DNA from: a virus
DNA length: 46,792 nucleotides
Virus record (IMG/VR): IMGVR_UViG_3300045988_109821
Location: 1 to 46,792 of that record
Direction: 5' to 3' (one strand)
Positions 26,816 to 37,265 of this stretch are shown one piece after another (within the stretch, counting starts at the first letter, position 1; every line of letters begins with the position of its first letter). The notes beneath the pieces were generated by a model. It was not told where the DNA came from. It searched no databases and saw nothing but the letters and a program-made list of their open reading frames with translations. Position numbers and translations under genes: made by a program.

Positions 26816-28983
26816 AGATTACACTCCCTTTTATCTGCCCAAGTTGTTTCAGTAGCTTCTATTTCTGCTACCATTGGGACATATTTTATAACATTACCAA
26901 TACTTTGCATAATTTCTTGAATCTTTTTAGGAACAAACGATTCTTCATCAGGGTGAACCTCAATAGCAAGTTCATCATGTATAGGTAATATAAATCTAGA
27001 TTTCTTGTCTTTTAGATAATCACATATCCTTATTTCAACTTCTTTTAAGGCATCAGCACCTGTTCCTTGAATAAGATAGTTATTTGCTTTATAGAAGTTT
27101 GTACTATTCTCTAGGTAATAACGTCTACCATATAAGTTAGTTACATAACCTTTCATATTTAATTCAGTTTGTACTGCTTTTTGATACTCTATAACGCCAG
27201 GGTACGCACTGTTATAAGCATCAGACAATTTTGTGGCTGTTTCTAAGTCTATGTTCAAATTAGATGCTAATGTTTTAGCCCCACAACCATAATTTTTGGC
27301 GAAATTTGTCGATTTTCCCAAATATCGCCATTTCTTTTTGAACTCTTTTGTATCTGTTTTATCTTTAAACTCAGGGAATGCTGTAAGAGTTGTTTTCGTA
27401 TGTAAATCTGTTGGTTCCCATTCTGTTCCATCGTGGTTAAACCATTCCCAATCATAAGCATGCTTTATATGCTCTGGATTTTTGTAATCAAACAATGTAC
27501 CATCTTTTAGTTTACAATCATAAGGCATATATGCTCTACATAGATTATAATCTGTATGGCCTACTAAAATAGTGTAATATGCTTGTATTCTTAACTCCAT
27601 TTGTGAATAATCCTCAAAATATAATTTATAACCCGTTCTAGGTATAACAAACTTTCTAGGGTGAAATAATTCTACACCATCATCATCTGTAATAGATTCA
27701 TCTAAAAGTAGCTCATTATCGTCATCAGTTTCATTTATGGCATACTTGGGCATCTGTTGTAGGTCACAACTTACACGACCACTTACAGCACCATTATTAT
27801 TGATAGATGTGTACAATCTCCATTCACCATCAACTTCAATTATTTTATTTAAAACACCATCAATATACGTAGATAACCATTTATCAACAGTTCTTAATTT
27901 TATGATTAGTTTGGCTATTTCAGAAATACGAACATCTTCATGATGTGTAAGTTGTTGTATAGCTTTCTTATCACTCTTTTCAAGGTCTAAACCAAACTCA
28001 TTGTGAAAGAACTTCTTAATCTCTATGTGTTGTCCTACTTTCCATGTACTATGTGTAAGTTCATGCAATTTATCGTATAATAACTCTCTAAACTTTTCTA
28101 TTCTATAATGAGAATTAACAAGGTAGTCTACATCTACTTTGAAACCATTACGTTCCATAGTAGCAATACCTCTAATTAGCTTATTTTCTCTTTTCCATGT
28201 TCTTGTATCTATACCGTCTTTACTCCAGTATTTTTTAGCATAGATAGCACCTGCTTTGTTTAAAAATTCAAGTATTATAACAACATCATCAATAGCATAC
28301 ATTTTTACTAATTCAGGATTTTCTAGATAAACATCATAGTAACCTGGTTCTTTATAATCGTCAAAGCACTCATGATATTTTGTTATAAATCTTACTTTAT
28401 TAGTAAATGTTTCCCAAGCATTTGTATATGACTTTTCTCCTGTTAATGCTTTATAGTTATTACATACCATCTTTTTACGTTCAGCTTTCATATGCTCTAT
28501 TCTCTTTTTGATTTCATGTCCTGCAAATTTTGCACTAGGGTCTACATATTTTTCTCCTAGCTTCTCAAGACGCATACTTTGGAAATCATCATCACAACTA
28601 CTTATTAATCTAAATAGTGTAATACTGTCTGACAATTCAATATCATCTGGTATAGGTGTTCCTATATTATGTAGCATATGATAGTCATATTTAGCATTAT
28701 GAGCAAACAACATTTTATCTGTTTTTTGTACTATCTTAAACATTGCATAAGTAGCCTCTTTGTAATTTGCATCCCAATAGTATATATTCTTATCAAAACC
28801 AAATATTATTAGGAAAGGTATATCTTTTATAAAATTTAAACCTGTTGTTTCTGTATCATATGCAAAATATCGTGTATTGCTAAAAGCAAAATCCCATTCC
28901 ATCTCTTCAATATCTTTTTGATTTTTTATTTCTAGTGTTTTATAATTATATTTCTTGAATAGAAATTGAGTATCATTATACAT
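26812..28983 (-). CDS. Family A DNA polymerase with 3'-5' proofreading exonuclease.
   Basis: Exo I YDTETTGL, Exo II HNAKYDYHML. Pol motif A DYSQMELRIQAY, motif B RYLGKSTNFAKNYG, motif C IHDELAIEV. Confidence 0.9.
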   Translation of the reverse strand: MYNDTQFLFKKYNYKTLEIKNQKDIEEMEWDFAFSNTRYFAYDTETTGLNFIKDIPFLIIFGFDKNIYYWDANYKEATYAMFKIVQKTDKMLFAHNAKYDYHMLHNIGTPIPDDIELSDSITLFRLISSCDDDFQSMRLEKLGEKYVDPSAKFAGHEIKKRIEHMKAERKKMVCNNYKALTGEKSYTNAWETFTNKVRFITKYHECFDDYKEPGYYDVYLENPELVKMYAIDDVVIILEFLNKAGAIYAKKYWSKDGIDTRTWKRENKLIRGIATMERNGFKVDVDYLVNSHYRIEKFRELLYDKLHELTHSTWKVGQHIEIKKFFHNEFGLDLEKSDKKAIQQLTHHEDVRISEIAKLIIKLRTVDKWLSTYIDGVLNKIIEVDGEWRLYTSINNNGAVSGRVSCDLQQMPKYAINETDDDNELLLDESITDDDGVELFHPRKFVIPRTGYKLYFEDYSQMELRIQAYYTILVGHTDYNLCRAYMPYDCKLKDGTLFDYKNPEHIKHAYDWEWFNHDGTEWEPTDLHTKTTLTAFPEFKDKTDTKEFKKKWRYLGKSTNFAKNYGCGAKTLASNLNIDLETATKLSDAYNSAYPGVIEYQKAVQTELNMKGYVTNLYGRRYYLENSTNFYKANNYLIQGTGADALKEVEIRICDYLKDKKSRFILPIHDELAIEVHPDEESFVPKKIQEIMQSIGNVIKYVPMVAEIEATETTWADKRECNL

Positions 28984-29881
28984 CGTACATCACCCATGAA
29001 TGAAACAACTCTATAAATTTCATAACATCACCCCTTTGTATATGTTCCCAGTCAAGTGTAGGAACATATTGCCATTCCACATTATCACTATCTATTAAGT
29101 CATTATATTTCTTATTAGTACCTCTATACAAGAATGAAAAGTCTTTACCAAGTACTCTAGAACTTATTGCACTTTTATTTAAGCCTTTCTTGGTATATAA
29201 GTATACTAATTCTTGCATAAAATATCTATTATTGTATCTGAAATTAGGGTAAGACCTATTTATCAGATGTATACTATTTTTTAAATGTGCTATAGACCCA
29301 TAGTCAATTTCAAATATATTACATATATTAAATATGAATTTATCAAAAACTATACTGTTTTGCAAAATTCCCATGACTTTGTCATATATTAACCAGAATT
29401 CTATCTCTAAGGTTCTTTCTTTGTCTTTTAATTCTGTGTCATAATGTCCCACGTCATACTTAAAATTCTCAATAAAACTTAGTAGAAAATCTATAACAAA
29501 TTGTTCCTCTTGTGTTTCAAACATAGGATGTAAAGACTCAACAAATTCTTCGGTTATGAAGTCCCTGTCTAATAAATCTCTATATCTGTTATAAAAAGAC
29601 GAATTAGTTATACCTATCTTCTCAGCTGCTTTTTTGTTTGAAAAGAAGGTTCTGCAAGTTGCTACAAGTTCTTTAGGAGATGCCTTTAGAAAATTCTCTC
29701 CTATACTATATTCTACTATCTTGGAAAATGTATTATGTGCATCTTTTCCAAGTGTAGCAACTAAGCAACTTAATAATTTCATTAATCTACTGTACAATAG
29801 TTTGTCTTTTGCCTTATCAATATGATTGATGTACATAGATAATTTAATCTCTTTAAGTCTTTCATTTTCTTTTAAATTCAT
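28976..29881 (-). CDS. Hypothetical HTH protein, possibly replication-associated.
   Basis: KKAAEKIGITNSSFYNRYRDLL HTH-like segment. Position between the primase-helicase and the polymerase. Confidence 0.35.
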   Translation of the reverse strand: MNLKENERLKEIKLSMYINHIDKAKDKLLYSRLMKLLSCLVATLGKDAHNTFSKIVEYSIGENFLKASPKELVATCRTFFSNKKAAEKIGITNSSFYNRYRDLLDRDFITEEFVESLHPMFETQEEQFVIDFLLSFIENFKYDVGHYDTELKDKERTLEIEFWLIYDKVMGILQNSIVFDKFIFNICNIFEIDYGSIAHLKNSIHLINRSYPNFRYNNRYFMQELVYLYTKKGLNKSAISSRVLGKDFSFLYRGTNKKYNDLIDSDNVEWQYVPTLDWEHIQRGDVMKFIELFHSWVMYDV

Positions 29882-29890
29882 AATAACCTC

Positions 29891-32737
29891 CTAAAAGATA
29901 TTAGTGGAAGTATCTATGTTGGAACTGTCTGCTAAATTAAATGATTTATTCATTATTCTATAAGTTTCCCTAAATTTAACAGTTGGTGCCACTAAGTCTT
30001 TATTTAATTTAATAAATTTTCTTGCTACTAATAAGTTAAAAATCTTACTAAAATCATCTTTACTTAACCCTGAAACAGTCATCAATTCATTTCTATTTAC
30101 TTTAGATGTATTAGATAAGAAATCAATAAATGTTACATTTTTAGGGTATATCTTTTCTAAGTCTGCTGTGTCTTTTTCTACAACAGTACTGTAAGATTTT
30201 TCTTCGTTAGCAAATTCACGTAATCTGAATATATTATTATCATAAATTCTTTTTAAGAAATTGATAATATAATCCACATGTTCTTTTGTAACAATAACGT
30301 GTTTATAATCAGTTGTAGAACATAACATACAAGCTAAAGATGCAGACATTCTTGCTATCTTCTTATCAGTTTCACTTCCGAAAACTGTAAAACTACACTC
30401 AAATATATTATTTAACTCCAAACTCTTTTCAAATATGTAACTTCCTAAATCATTAGGTATTACTACATTTTCATGTGTAAGTGCTTTAATCCATCTACTC
30501 TTAACTTGATAATGTTTACTGTCTATTTTTAAATCATTATTTACTTTTGTTCCGAAAGGATTTGATAGGGTATGTACTCTAGGAAAAAGTATAAAAGCAT
30601 CGTACCTGGCAATGTCCTCAGGAGATTTTATTAGTTCATTAATAGGCTCTATTCCGTTTGGGTAAGATGACAATGTCATTAGTTGTCCATTCTCACTTAT
30701 AGGGTTAGATATAGTTATCATTCTTAATTTACAAGGTGTTTGTATATCTCCTGCAACACGGTAGATTTTAACCATATTACTAGAACGTATTTCTGTTAAA
30801 GTTTTTATAAAGTCCATAGGAGCTCCACTAAATTCTTCCATTACAATCAATTCTTTATGATGTCTTGGTATTACGCCTAATTTAGTCTTTTTTATTTTAT
30901 CATCAGTACCGCCAATTAGAGATGCAACTGTTGCTGTTTTTAAAGGTACTATTTCACCAAAATCATAAAGTTGTTTTAGAGCTTTAGAAGTTTCGGATTT
31001 ACCTGTTCTTGTATCTCCTAATACAAATATATCTAAAGCACCCCTCATAACATTTTTATAAGTTATATCTAAAGGTGAATTAAATACAAGGTCCATAGCA
31101 AACCAAATATCTTTATTTAAGTAAGGTGCTATATGACATTTGGCACTCTCATACAACTCATTTATTTTGTTTTCTATAGAGCCATGACTTTTAAATCTAT
31201 TTAGACTGTCTATATACTCCATATTATTTGTATCAAACGCATAACTTGTTTCTTTTACATCATTTGCAATGGCTATTATCTTTCTACCTTGTTTAGGATG
31301 TGGATATAATTTATAAGTTATCTCGTAAATATTTCCTATCTCTAAAGGTGTTTTTGAATACATATCTATAACAAACTCTGAAGCTTTATCATCGTTTTCT
31401 AGAGCAACATCGGCTACAGTTACTTTGTAAATAGTTTGTAGAGTTCCCATATCAACTTTATAAAGATTTCTCCATTTAGGGTTTAATCCTAATAGACTTG
31501 CTATGATGTCTGGTATTTCTCTTGTTTTTACAGTACCTTCTATTAATTCTAGAAAGTTTTCATGCGTACTTGATAAATACCACGATTTTGTTTCTATACT
31601 GTCATCTTCTACATCATGTAAAGGTTTAAATATAGCATATTCAGGCACAGCATAAGTTTCAGTACAAGTTGCTATTATTTGTAGAGTTGATTTAGAAGCT
31701 TTTTTGAAGATGCTATTTCTTATGTTATCTTCTATCTTACTACTTTTTATTTCATTTTTGGCTTTAACTTCTCTTAACTCTTCTTCACTAGGTTTTCTAG
31801 AATGTTCATTTAATAACTGTATAAAATCTTGTGCATTTTTATTATACTTAATAAAGAAATCAGTTACATCTTCTTTATTTAGAACACAGACACTTCCTAT
31901 ATTAGTGACACATACATTACATTTTTCTCTTAATTCTTTATATCTTTTTAGAGAACCCTGTCTCCCTGCGTCATCGTTATCATAACATATAAATACATTT
32001 CTTCCTTCAAAGTAAGGCAGATAATCATTTTGTAAAGCTGCTTGTGCTCCTCCAGTTAAAGTAATAGCATTGAATCCTTGACTTCGTGCAACAAGCATAT
32101 CTTTTTCGCCTTCACAAATAATAGTATCTCTAAAATCATTTTTCCAAATATCAAATGGAATTATATCACCCATGTTAGCATTCTTATTGTATTCATTCTT
32201 TGGTTTATCAGGAATTTTATTTATATTGTATCTTGCAATGTTAATAAGAGACCCATTTTTAAAAACAGGTGTAGCAAGACAATTTGTAATATAACCTAGT
32301 TTAAGTTCACTTATAGTCTCAGGGGTTATTTTTAGTTCATAAAGTTTATTTAGGACATCTTTATTTTCTAATAAAAATTTATGTTGACTTTCAGACCAGT
32401 TTAAAGTGTCATTTTGTAGAGCTTCTTTAGTTGTATACTCTCTTATAATACTTTCTTTATCTTTTTTAAGAACTTCTTGTGCAAACTCTAATTCTTTATA
32501 GGTACGGTTACACGTGAAACAATGGAAAACTCTCATATTTAAGTTTATACTAGAACTAGGAACACTTTCGTAGTATTCTACTTCTTTTTCTTCCCAAGTA
32601 TTACTATCAAATTCTTTTTTGGTGTGAATGAAAGGGCAACACATTGGTATGTTGCCCTTATCATCAGGGAACATAGTATCTATTTTATTTTTATCAAACA
32701 TATCTTTGATGTAATCCTCAAAAAAATGTAATTGCAT
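29891..32737 (-). CDS. Bifunctional primase-helicase (zinc-binding primase N-terminus, TOPRIM, C-terminal P-loop NTPase).
   Basis: CHC2-like CCPFIH...CFTCNRTY. TOPRIM ICEGEKDMLV and FICYDNDDAGRQG. Walker A GDTRTGKS. Confidence 0.8.
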   Translation of the reverse strand: MQLHFFEDYIKDMFDKNKIDTMFPDDKGNIPMCCPFIHTKKEFDSNTWEEKEVEYYESVPSSSINLNMRVFHCFTCNRTYKELEFAQEVLKKDKESIIREYTTKEALQNDTLNWSESQHKFLLENKDVLNKLYELKITPETISELKLGYITNCLATPVFKNGSLINIARYNINKIPDKPKNEYNKNANMGDIIPFDIWKNDFRDTIICEGEKDMLVARSQGFNAITLTGGAQAALQNDYLPYFEGRNVFICYDNDDAGRQGSLKRYKELREKCNVCVTNIGSVCVLNKEDVTDFFIKYNKNAQDFIQLLNEHSRKPSEEELREVKAKNEIKSSKIEDNIRNSIFKKASKSTLQIIATCTETYAVPEYAIFKPLHDVEDDSIETKSWYLSSTHENFLELIEGTVKTREIPDIIASLLGLNPKWRNLYKVDMGTLQTIYKVTVADVALENDDKASEFVIDMYSKTPLEIGNIYEITYKLYPHPKQGRKIIAIANDVKETSYAFDTNNMEYIDSLNRFKSHGSIENKINELYESAKCHIAPYLNKDIWFAMDLVFNSPLDITYKNVMRGALDIFVLGDTRTGKSETSKALKQLYDFGEIVPLKTATVASLIGGTDDKIKKTKLGVIPRHHKELIVMEEFSGAPMDFIKTLTEIRSSNMVKIYRVAGDIQTPCKLRMITISNPISENGQLMTLSSYPNGIEPINELIKSPEDIARYDAFILFPRVHTLSNPFGTKVNNDLKIDSKHYQVKSRWIKALTHENVVIPNDLGSYIFEKSLELNNIFECSFTVFGSETDKKIARMSASLACMLCSTTDYKHVIVTKEHVDYIINFLKRIYDNNIFRLREFANEEKSYSTVVEKDTADLEKIYPKNVTFIDFLSNTSKVNRNELMTVSGLSKDDFSKIFNLLVARKFIKLNKDLVAPTVKFRETYRIMNKSFNLADSSNIDTSTNIF

Positions 32738-32755
32738 AAAGTTCCCTTCTTTCTT

Positions 32756-33400
32756 TTATTTTAATAAATCATGACACACCACAATTTCTCTAATATTTTC
32801 TTCTAAATATTTAGTTTTAGATTCACCTTTTAGATAACTAGGTGCTACTCTAAATTTAAAAGGTTTAAAAATTGTATAAGCTCTGTTTATATTTATTCTT
32901 TTGTCTTTGCTTACAATCTTTTCTTCTTTAACCATTACGATATTTACAATACCCATTTTTCTTTCAGGTGTTTCATCGTTACTACAGTAAAGAATTTTAA
33001 ATCCATCTTTCTTATATTTTTTATAACTATCAGAATTTTTGATTTCATTAGGTACTACAGAATTAAATTGTTTAAGCATACCCTCTTTTTGTTTTTCAGT
33101 GAAATCTTTGTAAGTTGTTTCTAAAACATTTTTAACAAATGATGCAGTATCTATATAGGTTACATCATTTATAAGATTATATAGATAGTTAGACATAAAA
33201 GCATCTATTATTTTAACAGAAGTTCCTGCTCCTATTTCTGGCTTTTTAGAGCCTTCTAGCATACATTCCATTAATTCAAAATTATCTCTAGGTAATGCTT
33301 TATAATAATAGCAAGCATTACCATAGTCTTTATGATAACCTATAAATTTAAAATTTCTAAATTTAATAGGTTCTTTCTTTTCAGTCTTAAATATTTCCAT
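32756..33400 (-). CDS. Hypothetical protein (214 aa).
   Basis: ORF with RBS. No recognisable motif. Confidence 0.4.
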   Translation of the reverse strand: MEIFKTEKKEPIKFRNFKFIGYHKDYGNACYYYKALPRDNFELMECMLEGSKKPEIGAGTSVKIIDAFMSNYLYNLINDVTYIDTASFVKNVLETTYKDFTEKQKEGMLKQFNSVVPNEIKNSDSYKKYKKDGFKILYCSNDETPERKMGIVNIVMVKEEKIVSKDKRININRAYTIFKPFKFRVAPSYLKGESKTKYLEENIREIVVCHDLLK

Positions 33401-33410
33401 AATTTACCTC

Positions 33411-33869
33411 CTATTGTGCAAATGGGTCCGTATTTCCATATTGTGATGCTTGTCCTGTTGGATAACTATAACTTGGTGCCTGATTATATGTTGGTAGATT
33501 TGTTACACTTGCTTGTACATTTTGAATAGGCACTTGTTGTACATTTTGTGTAGGTCTTACAGAAACAACAACATCATCACATATAATTCTTTTATTCACA
33601 TAAGTTTGTCCGTTAGTTTGAGAAACTGATTTATCTTCTTCTAAACGTCCTGAAACTGTAACAGGTGTCCCTTTATCTGTATTATCTCTAAGAAGTTCTG
33701 CACTTCTTCCAAATGCAGAGATATCAAAGAACATTGAGTCACGTTGTTGCCCATCTCTGTTCTTACCATTATAAACTCCTATTTTTCCAAAAGCACTTGT
33801 TTTTCCATCTTGTGTATTTCCTACACGTACTCTGTCAACTAAGTGACCACTTATAACAATATGATTCAT
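33411..33869 (-). CDS. ssb: Single-stranded DNA-binding protein (OB fold).
   Basis: N-terminal MNHIVISGHLVDRVRVGNT... OB-fold pattern, Gln/Pro/Tyr-rich linker, C-terminal DPF tail. Confidence 0.65.
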   Translation of the reverse strand: MNHIVISGHLVDRVRVGNTQDGKTSAFGKIGVYNGKNRDGQQRDSMFFDISAFGRSAELLRDNTDKGTPVTVSGRLEEDKSVSQTNGQTYVNKRIICDDVVVSVRPTQNVQQVPIQNVQASVTNLPTYNQAPSYSYPTGQASQYGNTDPFAQ

Positions 33870-33870
33870 A

Positions 33871-34179
33871 TTAGATATCCTCCTTTTCCATTAATTCTTT
33901 TAAAGATGTTAATACATTCATTAATTTATCAAGTTTTTCCACATCTTTATTAGAATGTGTCCATTCTCTCATACCCATCTCAAAGGCATATTTAATAAGG
34001 TCTTCATCAACACCTTTTAAATTATTTATCTTTTCTGTAATTGAAGCATACACTTCTAGAAGACTAGCTGTAGCTCCCATAAATACAACTTTTGAACTTG
34101 TTGCAAGTATTACAGATTCATTTTCATCTTGTAAAACTTTAATTAATTCTTCTTTTTGTTCTTTAGGTATTCTTTTCAT
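33871..34179 (-). CDS. Hypothetical protein (102 aa).
   Basis: ORF. ATGA overlap with the neighbouring gene. Confidence 0.4.
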   Translation of the reverse strand: MKRIPKEQKEELIKVLQDENESVILATSSKVVFMGATASLLEVYASITEKINNLKGVDEDLIKYAFEMGMREWTHSNKDVEKLDKLMNVLTSLKELMEKEDI

Positions 34180-34180
34180 A

Positions 34181-35023
34181 TTATTTACCTGCCTTTCTCT
34201 TTATTATTTCTAATATTTTTGGTTTATCTGATTCTTTTAAGAATGGTACATCTGTTCCCAATTCTTTAGCAATTTCTACAATTTCTGTTCTAGGGTCTAA
34301 CCCATTTTCTTTAATTACGTTTGCTAATTCTATTTTAGTTTCCATAGACATTAACTCTTCTGTATTTACAGTAGCTTGTTCTTCTTTTACTTCTGTATCA
34401 CTTTGTGGTAATTGTGGTGCAACACTAGGTGCTACAGGAATTTCCACAGTACTAACTGGTACTTCTGGCACAACTGTTTTTACTGGTTTAACTGCAGGTT
34501 TTTTAGCTGCTTTTACTTCCTTTACTTCAACTTTTACAGGGGCTCCTGTTTCATCTTCCACTTTATCATTTTCATTAATTTCAAACACGTCCATATACAT
34601 GTATCTTTTCATGTATGTGCTTTTTCCACCTAAGTTTTGAATAGGTTGTGATGCTTGCAGATTTACTTCTCTAGTTTCTTTTTTGAATAACATATCTGTA
34701 CCATCTTCTACATCAACAACTAATAAGTAAGCATATTCTACATATTGAAAATTATGTTCTTCTGTAACAACTTCTCCTGTTGGTTCACCTGCTTCATTGT
34801 ATGTATATTGTGTAACCTTTTTACTTGGAAGTTCTTTTGCTTCTTTATCAATCCAGAACTTTGTAAAAAGACCTTGTTTGTTACACTCTTCAATAGCCTT
34901 TGGCATAAAGTCTTTTAATTGGAAGTAGTCATATTTGCTATAACTGTTCTTTCCACTTTTGTTTAAGTCCTTGCTTAATTCAAGTCTTATACTATTAAGT
35001 TTTGCATAAATATTATTCTCCAT
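34181..35023 (-). CDS. ERF-family single-strand annealing protein.
   Basis: N-terminal KSGKNSYSKYDYFQLKDFMP pattern as in P22 Erf-like proteins. Confidence 0.55.
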   Translation of the reverse strand: MENNIYAKLNSIRLELSKDLNKSGKNSYSKYDYFQLKDFMPKAIEECNKQGLFTKFWIDKEAKELPSKKVTQYTYNEAGEPTGEVVTEEHNFQYVEYAYLLVVDVEDGTDMLFKKETREVNLQASQPIQNLGGKSTYMKRYMYMDVFEINENDKVEDETGAPVKVEVKEVKAAKKPAVKPVKTVVPEVPVSTVEIPVAPSVAPQLPQSDTEVKEEQATVNTEELMSMETKIELANVIKENGLDPRTEIVEIAKELGTDVPFLKESDKPKILEIIKRKAGK

Positions 35024-35897
35024 CTTTCATAACCTCCATCTTCATATTATTTACTTTTGCAAAATCTATTAACAAATTCATCTTGTCCTCAGGGACTTCT
35101 AATTTAACACTAACCTTTTTTACTTCAGGTGTGCTTATAGATAATCCTGCAAAAGGGTCAATCTGAACTGTTTCCTTTTTTACAGATGCTTCTTTATTTT
35201 TAGCATCTAAATCATTCTTAATACTTTCCAAGATACCATTAACATCTCTTGTGTATTTATATCTTTCTATGTAAACATCTTTATTTAAAACATGATTCAC
35301 ATCTAAAGCATTGAAATAATTTGATATTGTTTCAGCATCTTTCTTATATACGTCTAATTCTTTTATATATGTAAGAAACTGTTCTTTTATAGCTGTAACT
35401 ATATCACTATCTTTAAACGTCTTATTAAACCATCTGTTGTCAAACTCAATATCAAAAACCTTAAGTATTTTTTCATATTGTGAATAACTAGCAATAAATT
35501 CTTCTCTTTCTTTTTCAATGATTTCATTAATATGTTCTCTTTTAATTTCTTGTTGTTTAAACTCAAACTTTTTAACAGAATCATCTATTAATGATGCTGA
35601 CTCTCCTAATAATTTCTCTATTCTTTTAGAGGTCTGCTCAAAGTCAGAAATAGGTTCATTGTATTGCTTCATAAGGTCTTTACGATTATCAGCGATTTTC
35701 TTTATAAGACCATTAACCTTAGCCCTCTCATCTTTGGCTTGTTTATATTGTGTATCATCAAACACAAGTGCTGCATAGAAATTTTTAAGCTGTAAAGCAT
35801 AATCTTCAATAACATTTAGATTATGTTTAATAGGTTCCACTTTAGGTATTTCTACATCTAAGTCAACTTGTAGTGTAGGTTTTACTAATTCGTTCAT
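35013..35897 (-). CDS. Hypothetical protein associated with the recombination module (DUF1351-like).
   Basis: Size and position beside the ERF and exonuclease genes. Coiled-coil rich. Confidence 0.35.
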   Translation of the reverse strand: MNELVKPTLQVDLDVEIPKVEPIKHNLNVIEDYALQLKNFYAALVFDDTQYKQAKDERAKVNGLIKKIADNRKDLMKQYNEPISDFEQTSKRIEKLLGESASLIDDSVKKFEFKQQEIKREHINEIIEKEREEFIASYSQYEKILKVFDIEFDNRWFNKTFKDSDIVTAIKEQFLTYIKELDVYKKDAETISNYFNALDVNHVLNKDVYIERYKYTRDVNGILESIKNDLDAKNKEASVKKETVQIDPFAGLSISTPEVKKVSVKLEVPEDKMNLLIDFAKVNNMKMEVMKDGE

Positions 35898-35916
35898 ATT
35901 TACATCTCCTTTTCTA

Positions 35917-36615
35917 TTAAAATACTATTCTATTTTTAGGAACTTCACCTTTTTTAACGTAATTTTCCCAGAAGTCTATACATTCCCGTTCAACTTCTTT
36001 CATATACTCTTTTACATCTTCCCTATTTATTCTTCTAGGTTTTAGAAATTCCATATCTCTATCAATGTCATCTCTGTCATAGTTAATAAGTGTATAGAAT
36101 ACAACAAACTCTGCATTAGTTGTATTAAAATAATGTATAGCCTGGTCAATATATTCCTGTGGTACTCCTTTTGAACCATCTTCATAGTACCATTTTGATT
36201 TTTTATTTTGTGCTGTTTTTATTTCTAAGATACCAACTTTATTAGTTGCTTTTTCTACAAGCACACCATCTAAAGATGCTTGAAAGTAAGGAATGAAAAT
36301 GTTTCTGAACATAGTGTTTTTGTAATCTAAGGTTGCAAATACATTTTTGTATTTATATGAGAATGATTGAAATATCAAGTTTTCAAAATGATTTCCAAAA
36401 TCTATAGCATCATTAGATACTTCAGGTTCTAGCACTTGTTTACTGTGAAATATATCTTTTCTAGTTCTCCAATTATTGTGTCCCATGATACAACTTACAT
36501 CAGAACCACCTATACCTTGCTGCCTTAATTTTAACCATTCCTCTCGTGAATCAAAAGTTATTAAATCACAAGTGACACTAAAAAAGCTATTTGCAATTTC
36601 TCTGTATTCGTTCAT
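35917..36615 (-). CDS. YqaJ-like (lambda-exonuclease-fold) recombination exonuclease.
   Basis: GIGGSDVSCIMGHNNW motif of YqaJ viral recombinase exonucleases. Confidence 0.7.
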   Translation of the reverse strand: MNEYREIANSFFSVTCDLITFDSREEWLKLRQQGIGGSDVSCIMGHNNWRTRKDIFHSKQVLEPEVSNDAIDFGNHFENLIFQSFSYKYKNVFATLDYKNTMFRNIFIPYFQASLDGVLVEKATNKVGILEIKTAQNKKSKWYYEDGSKGVPQEYIDQAIHYFNTTNAEFVVFYTLINYDRDDIDRDMEFLKPRRINREDVKEYMKEVERECIDFWENYVKKGEVPKNRIVF

Positions 36616-36652
36616 AAACCACCTCCTAGTATCTTAATATTAACACAATTTT

Positions 36653-36871
36653 TTAATTTTTACAACTCAATTCTAAATAATCATAAGCATTTTTTAAATC
36701 ACTATATTCTAACTCTAATTGTGTATTAATTACAGTTTGTCTGTCTAATTCATTCTGTATATCTGCCTTATCCATCACATATCCTGCAGCAAAACCTATT
36801 AAAGTTACATATATAAGTGCTACAAATATTACTAAGTATTTTTTCAATTCTTTTAAGTTTAGCATAATCAT
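36653..36871 (-). CDS. Small membrane protein (72 aa).
   Basis: Transmembrane segment YLVIFVALIYVTLIGFAAGYV. Confidence 0.4.
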   Translation of the reverse strand: MIMLNLKELKKYLVIFVALIYVTLIGFAAGYVMDKADIQNELDRQTVINTQLELEYSDLKNAYDYLELSCKN

Positions 36872-37012
36872 TTCTCCTTTTTCTTTTTACTATTCATTTG
36901 GTTAAGTTCTAATCTTAATTGTTTAACTTCTTTTTTAGTTTCTTTTATTAATTGGCTTTTAACATACATCAATCTTTTTATTTCTTTTTCTCTTTCTCTA
37001 CTTTTTTTATTC
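36869..37012 (-). CDS. Small basic hypothetical protein (~47 aa), not in the ORF track.
   Basis: Reverse-strand ATG at 37012. Its stop overlaps the start of the 36871 gene. K/E/R-rich. Confidence 0.3.
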
Positions 37013-37019
37013 ATATTTA

Positions 37020-37265
37020 TTAATCCTTTGGCATTCTGTATACAAGTCTATTTGAATTTCCAGTATAAGCATTTTCTAATAATTCTTGTATTTCATCTAA
37101 TATTTCTAATGCTCTATTCTTTGTTCTATAAGTTCCCAAAGTTTGGGCTTCATCTAAATTGATGTTATTAACTATGTACCACATCTTTCCTGTAACACTG
37201 TGTTCTACTTTTTCTATACTTAAAGATGGTTGAGGTATTAAATATTCTCTATTTTGACTACGCAC
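37020..37265 (-). CDS. Hypothetical protein (81 aa).
   Basis: ORF overlapping the HNH gene stop. Confidence 0.4.
   Translation of the reverse strand: MRSQNREYLIPQPSLSIEKVEHSVTGKMWYIVNNINLDEAQTLGTYRTKNRALEILDEIQELLENAYTGNSNRLVYRMPKD

Noticed and set aside
26726-26920. 64-aa forward ORF overlapping the end of the DNA polymerase gene.
   Set aside because: It is antisense to the polymerase, and the gap is filled by a coupled 50-aa reverse ORF.
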